A program made the position numbers and the translations under genes. Below are positions 38,100-50,058 of a DNA stretch of 64,000 nt, one piece after another (position 1 is the stretch's first letter; every line of letters begins with the position of its first letter). Origin of the DNA: Chiloscyllium plagiosum (Eukaryota); the NCBI RefSeq assembly GCF_004010195.1, contig NC_057719.1, positions 18,319,438 to 18,383,437 on the forward strand, read 5' to 3'. Below the pieces are notes generated by a model. That model was not told the DNA's origin. It saw only the letters and a program-made list of their open reading frames with translations, and searched no databases.

Positions 38100-41000
38100 T
38101 AAAGAGAGTGAGGGGGCACCAACGAGGAGTTTGACTGCAAACAACAGTGAGAGGGTTCAAAGTGGTTCTTAATGGGACAGAGAGAGGTGTCAAGCCAAAT
38201 TAATTTGGTAAATCAAGATTAGGGACTGATGATAGCCTAATGATAATCAACCAGATATAAGGAACAGAATCATGAAGTTAGCATTACCCAGGGAAAGAGT
38301 AAACAGAAAGCAGATGAATACACAGAAACTGGTGGTCTGAAGTTCATATGCTTTAATGCAAGGGGTATAGTGGTTAAAGCAGACAAACTTAGGGCTTGGA
38401 TTGGTGCCTGGGAGTATGACATTACTGCGATCATAGAGACTTGATTGAAGGAAGGGCATGATGGCAACTAAATATTCCAGGATATAGATGCTTCAGACAG
38501 GACAGGAAGGGAAATAAAAGTGGGGGAGGAATTGCATTGCTGGTCAGGGATGATATCACGGCTGTGCTAAAGGAGGATACTATGGAGGGCTTGAGCAGTG
38601 AGACATTATGGGTACAGCTGAGAAATAAGAAGGGTGCAATTACACTGTTGAGGCCTGTACAACAGGCCTCCCAGCAGTGAGCATGAGGTAGAAGAACAAA
38701 TAGGTAAACAGATTATGGAAAGATGTAGAAGCAACAAGGTGGTAGTGATGAGTGAGTTTAATTTTCCCACCATTGACTGGGATATACTTAGTGTCAGAGG
38801 TCTGGATGGGGCAGAATTTGTAAGGAGCATTCCAGAGCAGTATGTCAAAAGTCCAATGAAGGAAGGGGCCATATTGGACCTGGTGTTGGGAAATGGGCTA
38901 GGCAAGGTGGTAGAGGTTGCAGTGGGGGCCTTCTTTGGAAAAAGTGACCACAATTCTGTAAGTTTTAGATACTTGGAGACAAAGATGAGAGTTCTCCTAA
39001 GGGAAGAGTACTAAACTGGGCCAAGGCCAGTTATATCAAAATTTGGCAAGAGCTGGGAAATGTGGATTGGACTCAGCTATTTGAAGGGAAGCCCACATTT
39101 GATATGTAGGAGGCTTTCAAAGATAGGTTGAAGTTAGTGCAGGTTTGGCACGTCCCTTTGAAAACAAGGGATAGGAAAGGCAAGAATCGTGAACCATGGC
39201 AGACAGAAGAAATTGTGCAACTAGCCAAGAGGAAAAGGGAAACGTACATAAGTCCAAGCTAAGAACAGCACAGACTTTGGAGGAATATCAGAAGAGTAAG
39301 ACCAATCTTAAACGAGGAATCAAGCTGGCTAAAAAGGGTCATGAAATAACTTTAGCAAGCAGAATTAAGGAGAATCCCAAGGCCTTTTATTCATATAGAA
39401 GAAGTAAGAGGGTAACTAGAAAAAGAGCTGATCCATTAAAGGATAAGGAAGGAATGTTGTGTGTCGAACCTGAGAAAATGGTGAGATTCTCAATGAGTAC
39501 TTTGCATCAGTGTTCACATGAGGAAAGGGACATGATGAATGTTGAGATTAGAGAGAGAAGTTTGTTAACTCTGGATCACATTGACATAAGAAGGGAAGAT
39601 GTGTTGGGTAGGCTAAAGGATAATAAGGTGGACAAATCCCCAGGACTGGATGAGATCTATCCGAGGTTGCTGAGGGAGGCTAGAGAGGAAATAATTGGGA
39701 TCCTGACAGATATCTTTGAAGCATCCTTAAACACAGGTGAAGTGCCAGAAGACTTGAAGGTTGCTAATGTTGTCCCCCTATTCAAGAAGGGTAGTTGGGA
39801 TATTCCAGGTCACGACAGACCAGTGAGCCTGATATCAGTGATGGGAAAGTTGCTGGAGAAGATACTGAGGGATAGGATCTCTTGATATTTGGAAGAGAAT
39901 GGGTTTAACAGTGATAGGCAACATAGTTTTATGCAGGGGAGATCATGCCTTACCAACTTAATTTGAGGAACTGATCAAGTTGATAGATGAAGGAAGGGCT
40001 GTAGATGTCATATTTATTAACTTTAGTAAGTCATTTGTTAAAGTTTCTCATGGTAAACTAATGAAGAAAGTGAAGTCACATGGTGTGCAGGGTTTAGATT
40101 AGATTTTTTAGATTACATTACAGTGTGGAAACAGGCCCTTCGGCCCAACAAGTCCACACCGACCCGCCGAAGCGCAACCCACCCATACCCCTACATTTAC
40201 CCCTTACCTAACACTACAAGCAATTTAACATGGCCAATTCACCTGACCTGCACATCTTTGAACTGTGGAAGGAAACCGGAGCACCCGGAGGAAACCCACG
40301 CAGACACGGGGAGAACGTGCAAACTCCACACAGTCAGTCGCCTGAGGCGGAAATTGAACCCGGTCTCTGGTGCTGTGAGGCAGCAGTGCTAACCAATGTG
40401 CCACCGTGCCGCCCGTGTTCTAGCTAGATGGGTAAAGAACTGATTGAGCACCCGGAGACAGAGAGTAGTAGTTGAAGGGGGTTTTTCGAAATGGAGAAAG
40501 GTGACCAGTTGTGTTCCACAAGAGTCAATGCTGTGGCTACTGTTGTTTGTGATATACATAAATGATCTGGAAAAGGGCATTGGTGGTCTGATCAGTAAGT
40601 TTGCAGATGACACGAAGATTGGTGGAGTAGCAGAAAGCATAGGGGGCTGTCAAAGAATACAGGAGAATATAGATAGACTGGAGAGTTGGGCAGAGAAGTG
40701 GCAGGTGGAGTTCAATCCAGGCAAATGTGAGGTGATGCATTTTGGAAGGTCTAATTAAAGAGTAAACTATACTGTAAATGGAAAAAACTTGGGAAACTTT
40801 GATGAGCAGAAAGATCTGGGAGTGCAGGTCCATTGTACCCTGAAGGTGGTTGCACAGGTGGATAGAGTGGTCAAGAAGACATATGGAATGCTTGCCTTCA
40901 GCCGACGGGATATTGAGTATAAGAGCTGGCAGATCATGTTAAAATTATACAAGACTTTGATTATGCAGCATTTAGAATACTGTGTACAGTTCTGGTTGCC

Positions 41001-41522
41001 ACATTGCCAAAAGGATGTGGACGCTTTGGAGAGGGTGCAGAGGAGGTTTGCGAGAATGTTGCCTGGTATGGAAGGTGCTAGCTATGAAGAGAGGTTGAGT
41101 AGGTTAGGATTGTTTTCATTAGAAAAAAAGAGATTGAGGGGGACCTGATTGAGGTCTAAAAATTCATGAAGGGTATAGACAGGGTGGATAGAGATAAGGT
41201 TTTTCCCAGGGTGAGGGATTCAGTAACAAGAGGTCACGTTTTCAAGGTGACAGGTGAAAAGTTTAAGGGGGATATATATGGAAAGTACTTTACACAGAGG
41301 GTGATAGGTGCCTGGAACGCATTGCCAGCAGAGGTAGTAGAGGCAGGCACGGTAAATTCATTTATGATGCATCTGAACAGATGCATGAATAGGTGGGGAG
41401 CAGAGGGATACAAATGCTTAGGAATTAGGCGATAGGTTTAGACAGTGATTTTGGGTCAGCTAAGGCTTGGAGGGCTGAAGGGCCTCTTCCTGGGCTGTAA
41501 ATTTTCTTTATTTTTTGTTCTG
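38100..41522 (+). mobile_element. CR1 LINE with complete but disrupted ORF2
   Basis: GLKFICFNARGI (38335), EN motifs, [38 protein letters not shown], tail GGGCTGAAGGGCCT. The 5' boundary is approximate. Confidence 0.93.
40094..40414 (-). mobile_element. HE1 V-SINE, full length, nested in CR1 RT
   Basis: Near-identical rc of 46384-46698; splits SHGVQG|VLARW of the host. Confidence 0.95.
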
Positions 41523-43887
41523 TAATAACGTACTTGAAAAGGAATTGACACAATGTCACTTTTGCCTCAACAAACACACAGCAAAGCGTGGAGCTACCAT
41601 TTTGCTGTGGCCTTTCAAGATATTTGCTGAATCAACCTTTTCAGAAATGTTGTTACAAACCTCTGGAACCGGTGGAACTTGAATCTGGGCCTCCTGGCTC
41701 AGATACTAGGACACTATCACTGCAAGAGCTCTGCAATGCAATTAAATGTTCCCTTGACCGGATTTCTAAAAATGAAAACAAGTCTCCAAGTTTATTTTTT
41801 TTTTGAAAAGTCAATGTATATTTTCCCTTCTTCTCCAATGTCTGTTGCAAAGACATTAAATATTAATCACACTTAGGCCTTGAAAGAAATGTCTTCGTTG
41901 GTAAAGAAAATAGTTGAACTGACACTGTGACTGGTTCATCCTATCCTCCTCTCTGTCTGGTTTTGAACTTGTAAAGATGTTGCAACCCTATCTAGATTTT
42001 ATTCAGGATGGAATCTTTCAGAGGAAAAATAGGGCTGAAAGTTAACTTGAAAGGTAAATCATACATAGCAGTCATGCTGTATTATTTCAGTAGCAGATGA
42101 GAGAGATAACAGAACAGTGTGGGGTTTGAGCTGAATCCAAGTTTCTATGCAAACCAGATCTGTAGTGCTCAATTCATTGTTGCAGGCTTGCCCAATTCCA
42201 CTTTCTTTTTGTTGGAAAAATGGCTATGTCATTCCCTCTTCTAGAAGTTGGCACAGTTCAGCTCTAATTGTGGATTTACAACCAGTGTCAGTCTGTGTGT
42301 TTATAACATCTCACCTTGACTTTACAGGGAAATTGACCCTTAAACTCAAAGGTAAAGTAAAAATTCGGCTCAATCCCAAGTTTCCATCCCAATATCGGAA
42401 GCAGCCTAAGTCGAATAACACTCAGTTTACATTCAGTTAAAATAGCTTCTGTCCCTCCCCCAATCTCTGTACACTCCTCTCTCTTTTAAAAACTGGACAG
42501 TTTTGGATTTAGGGAATGAAGCTTATCCACATTGTTGGATTCTGTTTCATAACATTCATAAGGCTTGAGAGAGTGACATAAAATGCACAGCACAGAAACA
42601 GGCCATTCAGCCCAACTAACCTATTTCTGGGAAAATGACGGTTCTATAGAACAAACTGAAGGCTGAATTAAAATGTAAGATAGATTACCTTACTTGACAC
42701 CTTAGGTCAAACTGATTTGTTTGTAACACTGAAATTGCACAAACACTGGAGGATCAGAGAGCTGGAAAGAACGAGCATAGCTATTCCCCTGAATGTGCTC
42801 ATGTGTGAACTTCTGTTTGTGCTTTGAGGCAGATTGTTCATGCAAAAGAGGTGTGAATTTCAAATTAACATTATACTGAAATTTGATTCTTATGAACATA
42901 TGTATAATTTTCAGTGATCTTTACTGGGGATGTGTCTTTCAACTGCATACAATTGGAATGGGTCTTGGAGATAGACCTTTACAGGGAAGGCAAATCAATA
43001 TATTTGAAAATGGGATTTATTCTCTTTAAATAACAAATTTAAGAAACAATGATTAGATAATATCCTTTGTCAGGTTTATTGTGTTGGCACCTTAGGAGTG
43101 ATGTCCTACAAGAGCTCAACATGCAAATGAGCCAAATATCTGGATGTTAACACGTAGCCACAGGGTGACTGCCACACTCAAGGCACAGTTTGTGTTTGGA
43201 GATTAGTCTGTACTATATGTTTTAGTTCGGCTGCAAATTTTCTTTTTAAAAGAAATTACAGACCAAAGAGCTTGAAAGACAAGGGGAGCAGCAGGAAACA
43301 AAGTATAACAACAATTCAGATGTTCACATAGTGCAGAAAACACAAGGCTACATAATGTGCATATTAACTGCCAGTATCTCTAACTTAGCCAAGTTTGTGT
43401 CAGCAGCCAAATAATTCAAGCAGAGTCCATCTAAAAGCTACTTCAAATTTGAGTGGCCATTGGGAGTCCAACCCATGTTGAGCTGAGAAAAGATGTGCCT
43501 AAATTCAAGTTACAAAACAAGAACAGCGCAGAGCCAATGAAACACATCCTCAGACAGGTTTCAAGCAAAAAAAAGAAACAGAAAAGGTTTAAGTAGTGAA
43601 ATCACAGAAGGAGGAATACTAAATCCTCAGCATGACCAGGAAAGCTATGGATTTCCATTCTGAGTTCAAACTCTTTAAACAAAAGATACAGCCTTGTTTC
43701 AACAGCCAAGCATTTGAAGAACAAATAAAGCAAGCTGTGTAAGATACTTATAGTAGTTCTTAATGAGGAATTACACAGACTCACCATCTCAGGCTTATCT
43801 CAAGTGGTCCAGAAAAAACCCCACAAAGTTAAGGAACATATTTGAAGGAAGCTGCAAGGAAGAGTCAACTTCAGAATTGACTACTAA

Positions 43888-45240
43888 GAATTGAGGATTG
43901 ATGAGGGCAGAGCGGTAGATGTGATCTATATGGACTTCAGTAAGGCATTTGACAAGGTTTCCCATGGGAGACTGATTAGCAAGGTTAGATCTCACGGAAT
44001 ACAAGGAGAACTAGCCATTGGATATAGAACTGCCTCAAAAGTAGTAGACAGAGGGTGGGGGCGGAGGATTTTTTTTCAGACTGGAGGCCTGTGATCAGTG
44101 GAGTGCCACTCTCACGGAATACAAGGAGAACTAGCCATTGGATATAGAACTGCCTCAAAAGTAGTAGACAGAGGGTGGGGGCGGAGGATTGTTTTTTCAG
44201 ACTGGAGGCCTGTGATCAGTGGAGTGCCACAAGGATCGATGCTGGGCCCGGTACTTTTCATCACTTACATAAATAATTTGGATGCGAGCATAAGAGGTAC
44301 AGTTAGTAAGTTTGCAGATGACACCAAAATTGGAGGTGTAGTGGACAGTGAAGAAGGCTATCTCAGATTACAACAAGATTTTGATCAGATGGGCCAATGG
44401 GCTGAGAAGTGGCAGATGGAGTTTAATTTAGATAAATGTGAGGTGCTGCCCACATTTTAGGAAAGCAAATCTTAGCAGGACTTATACATTTAATAATAAG
44501 GTCTTAGGGAGTGTTGCTGAACAACAAGACCTTGGAGTGCAGGTTCATTGCTCCTTGAAAGTGGAGTCGCAGGTAGATAGGATAGTGAAGAAGGCGCTTG
44601 GTATGCTTTCTTTTATTGGTCAGAGTATTGAGTACAGGAGTTGGGAGGTCATGTTCTGGCTGTAGAGGACATTGGTTAGGCCATTGTTGGAATATTGGGT
44701 GCAATTGTGGTCTCCTTCCTATCGGAAAGATGTTGTGAAACTTGAAAGGGTTCAGAAAAGATTTACAAGGATGTTGCCTGGGGTGGAGGATTTGGGCTAG
44801 AGGGAGACATTGAATAGGCTGGGGCTGGTTTCCCTGGAGCATCAGAGGCTGAGGGGCGGCCTTATAGAGGTTTATAAAATCATGAGGGGCATGGATAGGA
44901 TAAATAGACAAGGTCTTTTCCCTGAGTTGGGGGAGTCCAGAACTAGAGGCCACAGGTTTCGGGTGAGAGGGGAATGATATAGAAGAGAACCTAAGGGGCA
45001 ACTTTTTCACACAGAAGGTGATAAGTGTATGGAATGAGCTGCCAGAGGAAGTGGGTGGAGGCTGGTACATTTGCCACATTTAAAAGGCATCTGGTATATG
45101 AATAGGAAGGGTTTGGAGGGATATGGGCCAGGTGCTGGCAGGTGGGACTAGATTGGGTTGGGATATCTGAACGGCATGGACAATTTGGACCAAAGAGTCT
45201 GTTTCCATACTGTCCATTTCTATGACTCTATGGATCTATG
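43888..45240 (+). mobile_element. CR1 3' half (same subfamily as 21330-25282), nested in Gypsy gag
   Basis: [32 protein letters not shown] and tail TTCTATGACTCTATG. Confidence 0.95.
43990..44230 (+). repeat. Tandem duplication of ~120 bp inside CR1
   Basis: 43990-44109 and 44110-44230 are identical except for a one-base indel in the T-run. Confidence 0.95.
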
Positions 45241-45304
45241 ATGCACTACAGATAAAGGATAAAAGAATCAATACATCAATTTGTCAGCAGATGCCATAAT
45301 ATGG

Positions 45305-45816
45305 CAGTTTTGGTCGCCATACTATAGGAAGGATGTGGAGGCATTGGAACGGGTGCAGAGGAGGTTTACCAGGATGTTGCCTGGTATGGAAGGAAAATCG
45401 TATGAGGAAAGACTGAGGCACTTGGGGCTGTTTTCACTAGAGAAAAGAAGGTTTAGGGGTGACTTGATTGAGGTGTACAAGATGATTAGGGGGTTAGATA
45501 GGGTCGACAGTATGAACCTTTTCCCGCGTATTGAGTCGGGTATTACAAGGGGGCATAGCTTTAAATTAAGGGGGGGTAGATATAGGACTGATGTTAGGGG
45601 TAGGTTCTTCACTCAGCAAGTCGTTAGTTCATGGAATGCCCTGCCAGTAACAGCGGTGGACTCTCCCTCTTTATGGGCATTTAAGAGGGCATTGGATAGG
45701 TATATGGAGGATAGTGGGTTAGTGTAGTTTAGGTGGGCTTGGATCGGCGCAACATCGAGGGCCCAAGGGCCTGTACTGCGCTGTATTCTTCTATGTTCTA
45801 TGTTCTATGTTCTATG
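45305..45816 (+). mobile_element. Young CR1 3' fragment with uninterrupted ORF2 C-terminus
   Basis: ORF 45281-45727 (QFWSPYYRKD...FKRALDRYMEDSGLV*) and (TTCTATG)n tail. Confidence 0.95.
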
Positions 45817-46383
45817 GGCAATGAATGCAACCTTTTCAGAGGCTGCACTATCAAAGTAAAAGATGGAGTCGGTGATTGCCTCAACATCTATGAAAACCTT
45901 TCAGAATGACCTCTTGTAAAAAAATAAGATTGTGGCATTGATTTATCCTGAGCAGATGACAGAAATGCAAAGCTATTGTAATTGATCAACAGCACCATCA
46001 AGCAATAGATACAGCAGACAAGGCGGACACTGCATCCAGGACATAAGTTACAAATGTGGCCTATTGGATCCATCATGAAGCTATCCTTCTTTTCAAGATC
46101 TGTGCTAGGCCTGAGGTACAAAAGAAACTGGGTTCTCCTATACAAGAAATTTGGCTCCAAAGATGCTGCCAAAAATTAAAAAAGACAATTCAACAGAAGG
46201 CAGGCACAGCAATATGAAACAACAGCAAGGAACACACCAGAAGATGCATACATTTAAGCCAACACATAAAGTTAACAGCAAAACACACCTGAAACAAGAT
46301 GCAGAGTGGAACAACTTCCATCCAGAGAATGAATAGGCTTTACACATGGTAAACGTAATACCTAGTGTGGACAAAGTCAACCA

Positions 46384-46698
46384 CGGCACGGTGGCACAGT
46401 GGTTAGCACTGCTGCCTCACAGCGCCAGAGACCCGGGTTCAATTTCCGCTTCAGGCGACTGACTGTGTGGAGTTTGCACATTCTCCCCGTGTCTGCGTGG
46501 GTTTCCTCCGGGTGCTCCGGTTTCCTCCCACAGTCCAAAAATGTGCAGGTTAGGTGAATTGGCTACGCTAAATTGCCCATATTGTTAGGTGCAGCGGTAA
46601 ATGTAGGGGAATGGGTCCGGGTGGGTGTGCTTCGGCGGGTCGGTGTGGACTTGTTGGGCCGAAGGGCCTGTTTCCACACTGTAAGTAATCTAATCTAA
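46384..46698 (+). mobile_element. HE1 V-SINE, full length, young
   Basis: Pol III A-box TGGCACAGTGG (46392-46402), B-box GGTTCAATTTCC (from 46436), V-domain, CR1-like tail GGGCCGAAGGGCCTGTTTCC and (TAATC)n. Confidence 0.95.
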
Positions 46699-49209
46699 CT
46701 GGAAACTTTCAACAATGAACATCATTTACCCAAAGGAAACAGACAAACAAGCATTCAGAACAGAGTCTAACACTGGAGCTAATGCATATATCTTAGCAGT
46801 TCTGAAAGAAATCTACGAGGAACATTGGAACTCAATAGTATAACTGACAACCACTAAAGTAATTACATACAATGGGCTGCATTGGTACAATGCACTAATA
46901 CACTAACAATGCATTGTAGCTATGGCAACCCGACATAGAAACTACAAATATTTTAACTACTAGACATGAGCGGGCTAGTAATGACAGTTCTACCAACATG
47001 TACAGCTCTCAACATTGTGACTATCCATGAGATCACCAAGGTACCCATGGTGGCAGAAGATGACAAGAATGCTTCCATTGAGTCAGTTCGGCACTGACAA
47101 CATTTTTACTCTGACAGGTTTGATGCCAGAGGACATTTCAAGAATATTCAATCCATCAATCAACACTCCCAGAAAATGTAGCATTCATGAACAAGGAAAG
47201 CTTAAATGTATGCTATGCCAAAGCCACGGCACCAGCAACGTTTACAGTCACACAAAATTCCATTGGTTTCTTTGACCAAAAACACCACTGTTAATGGAGA
47301 TGACCGTATCTTAGTCACTGACTATTTCTCAAGATTTCCAATTGTAATCAATAGTCACATTGAATGCCATATACATTCTGTTTTGTACCTGAAGAAATCA
47401 TTTCTGATAATGGGCTACAGAATACAAGTAGGCCTTTCAAGGATATGTGTTCCAATGGGGAGTGAAACAGGTAATGTCATCACTACATTACACAAGGCTT
47501 AATGGTCTCACTGAGTGAATGGTTCACAACATATACAGATTTAACAATTCAGAGCTCTGCGTATCAGTTACCAACACCAGCAGAGGGCAATTGAGAATGA
47601 CTTTGCCAAGGCACCGCCTATCCAACTTCTCCGAGCTGCTGGAAACATTTCTTGACAAACAAGAGAGCTGGGATATAAGCAGCATGCAGGTGGTGAGCCA
47701 GGATAAAAGGTCAGACTTTCGCATCTCACAACAGGAACTCTGTTACACAGATTACAATATTACAGATTTTTTTTATGGTGCTAAAGGAGGCCATTCAATT
47801 TCTCCTCTATGCCAGCATGTTTTATGAGTCATGGCACTTAACAGAGCAATGCAGCCAGCTAAGGAAAATGTCCAATATATCAATTGTGCACAGTGTAAAT
47901 GAAAGAATACACCCAGAAGATGACCGTTGATAGGTAACAATATCAACAGGATACATATTGGCACACTAATGACAACAATCAACACACTGGTGATACATCT
48001 GCAAATCAAGAACAAACAAAGCCAAAATCCATACTTCCAGGAAGCTATATCTTAACAGGATCTAGAAAAACTCTTAAGCTATCAAAACAATATATATATC
48101 TTAAGAATTCTGCAGTTGTCAATTTTATAATCACTACCCCTGCGTAACTAACTTTGCAGTTATCAAATGTTTATGTGCTTAGATTTGTAGCACGTGAGAA
48201 ATATCTTTGGGAAATATCTTTCGTAAATTTGAAGTGATATCATTATCACAGAGTCATACGGCATACAAACAGGCCCCTTGATCCACCATATCTATGCAGA
48301 CCAACAAACATCAAAAGACAGTAATCCCATTTACCTGCACTTGTTCCACAGCCTCCTATGGTCCAGCACTTGAAGTACTCATCCAGATGTGTCTTTAACA
48401 GGACAACATGTAAGTAAGTCCCCTGATGTTGTTACATTGACCATATATCACAGATTCTTTTGCATTGGAGCACCTGAGATGCAGGCTGCATCTAGAGATT
48501 GCTCTGTACTGTATGCATTAATATAGCTGTAAATAAACCCATGAGAGATCTTCAATTAAATGAAATCCATGCACATTACTTGTGATACATTTAGATAAAC
48601 AACAATATTATGACAAGGTTATTTTTGGTAATTATCTCTCAAGAATTTAGATGGCAGGATTTCCAATGTGGGTACTTTATTTTATGTTATCTAGGACACA
48701 AGAAATATGGTAACTCAATGTCAATTACTAAGAAGCAGGCTGCCTAAATCCAAGTTCATTCACAAAGATGCATCAACTGACCGAGGGACAACGAACACTA
48801 TTGTGAGATCACTGACATTGATCATACTGACAAGACAGCCATGAACAATGGAGAGTGTAAATACAGTTGTGTCTGGTATGCACTGAGTGGTATCAGCTTC
48901 AGTTATACCCTTCACAGTCATTTCTTTGCTGCTGGGCACTCTGTCAAAAATTCCATTAGTCTTCTTGGTGGGAGATATCAGGACAGCACTTAAGTCAGTG
49001 AATCAGGGTTTCTCCAACTACCTTGCTGCCTTCTGAAACCAGAACTATGGTCAATGTAACAACATCAGGAGACTTACTTGCATGCTGTCCTGTTAAAGCC
49101 CAAAATGTATGGAGCTACACTCTTACCATTCACTGAGGCATTCTCTCAGGCTTTGATAGCTATACGATTTTTGCTTCAGTTATTCATGGAGTTTTCACAC
49201 ATTCTGTAC

Positions 49210-49410
49210 GTAGAACATAGAACAGTACAGCACAGAAACAGGTCGTTCAGCCCATCATGTCTGCTCTGACCATGATACCATTCTAAACCAATCCCATCTG
49301 CCTGCACATGGTCTGTATCCCTCAATTCCCTGCCTGTTGATGTGTCTTGTCTAAATGCCTCTGAAATGTTGGTATAGTGTTTGCTTCTACCACCTCCAAG
49401 CACAAACTAT
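49210..49410 (-). mobile_element. CR1 3' tail fragment
   Basis: rc tail GTAGAACATAGAACAGTACAGCACAGAAACAGG. Similar short tails at ~48245-48395 and 56850-56960. Confidence 0.8.
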
Positions 49411-49434
49411 CCTTTGTGTAAAAGTGATGAAGCT

Positions 49435-49475
49435 GAGCTTTGACAAAGGGTCAGTTAGACTCGAAACGTCAGCTC
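49435..49475 (+). ncRNA. Degenerate hammerhead ribozyme in a PLE family C end
   Basis: GAGCU-UUGACAA-A-GGGUC-AGUUA-GACUC-GAAAC-GUC-AGCUC: perfect 5-bp stem I and 5-bp stem II, but two core substitutions relative to CUGANGA. Confidence 0.65.
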
Positions 49476-49791
49476 TTTTCTCTACTTACAAATGCTGCCA
49501 GACCTGCTGAGATTTTCCAGCATCCACAATAATTTGCTTTTATGAAACTTGACAGGCTAAGTTTCGATGAATTAGCAGCATGGCTTAAATTGTATGACTG
49601 CTGATGTGTCCTGGTTAAGGAGTGTATGTTTTGAGAATTAAAGAAGTTCATCCTTCAATGTGTGTGATTTAAAGGAGTGGTGTGGCTGATATGACTTGGA
49701 ATGATGTAACAGTGTAAATTAAGGGGACTTATCACAATGCCACCTTTTCCCTGGTGTTCAAACATTGACAGAAAACCATTTTGTAGAGGTG

Positions 49792-49879
49792 AAAAATGTG
49801 TTGCTGGAAAAGTGCAGCAGGTCAGGCAGCATCCAAGGAGCAGGAGAATCGACATAAGCCCTTCTTCAGGAATCCACGA
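49792..49879 (-). mobile_element. PLE family A fragment
   Basis: Matches 15064-15152 with a deletion in hammerhead stem II. Flanked by TGTAGAGGTG at 49782-49791 and 49880-49889. Confidence 0.75.
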
Positions 49880-49886
49880 TGTAGAG

Positions 49887-50058
49887 GTGCAGGGGCATGG
49901 GAACCCAGACTGTAGCTTTAGGGTGCAGGACCTGGAGTGTAGGGAGGTTAGGAACATGGCATCATTTTCAAAGGAGGGTGCCTGTAAACAGGAAAGTGGC
50001 TTGAAGTGTGTATACTTCAATGCAAGAAGTATACGAAATAAGGTAGGTGAACTTGCAG
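49887..50058 (+). mobile_element. CR1 inter-ORF region and ORF2 N-terminus
   Basis: Encodes GLKCVYFNARSIRNKVGELA without disruption, homologous to CIYFNAR (22460) and GLKFICFNARGI (38335). Confidence 0.9.

Larger units (their letters stand above)
43070..48613 (+). mobile_element. Decayed Gypsy-type LTR retrotransposon (gag, protease, integrase; RT/RNase H absent)
   Basis: gag relics PSMTRKAMDFHSEFKLFKQK (43626), ESIHQFVSRC (45265) and degenerate Zn knuckles (~46050-46145). Protease-like NTGANAYIL (46769). Integrase ILVTDYFSRFP (47308), PEEIISDNG (47388) and SSLHYTRLNGLTE (47480). LTR-like matches at 43117/48404 and 43199/48495. Ends approximate. Confidence 0.7.

Noticed and set aside
46384..46450. 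tRNA gene
   Set aside because: The A/B boxes belong to the tRNA-derived head of an HE1 SINE that continues into the V-domain and LINE-like tail.
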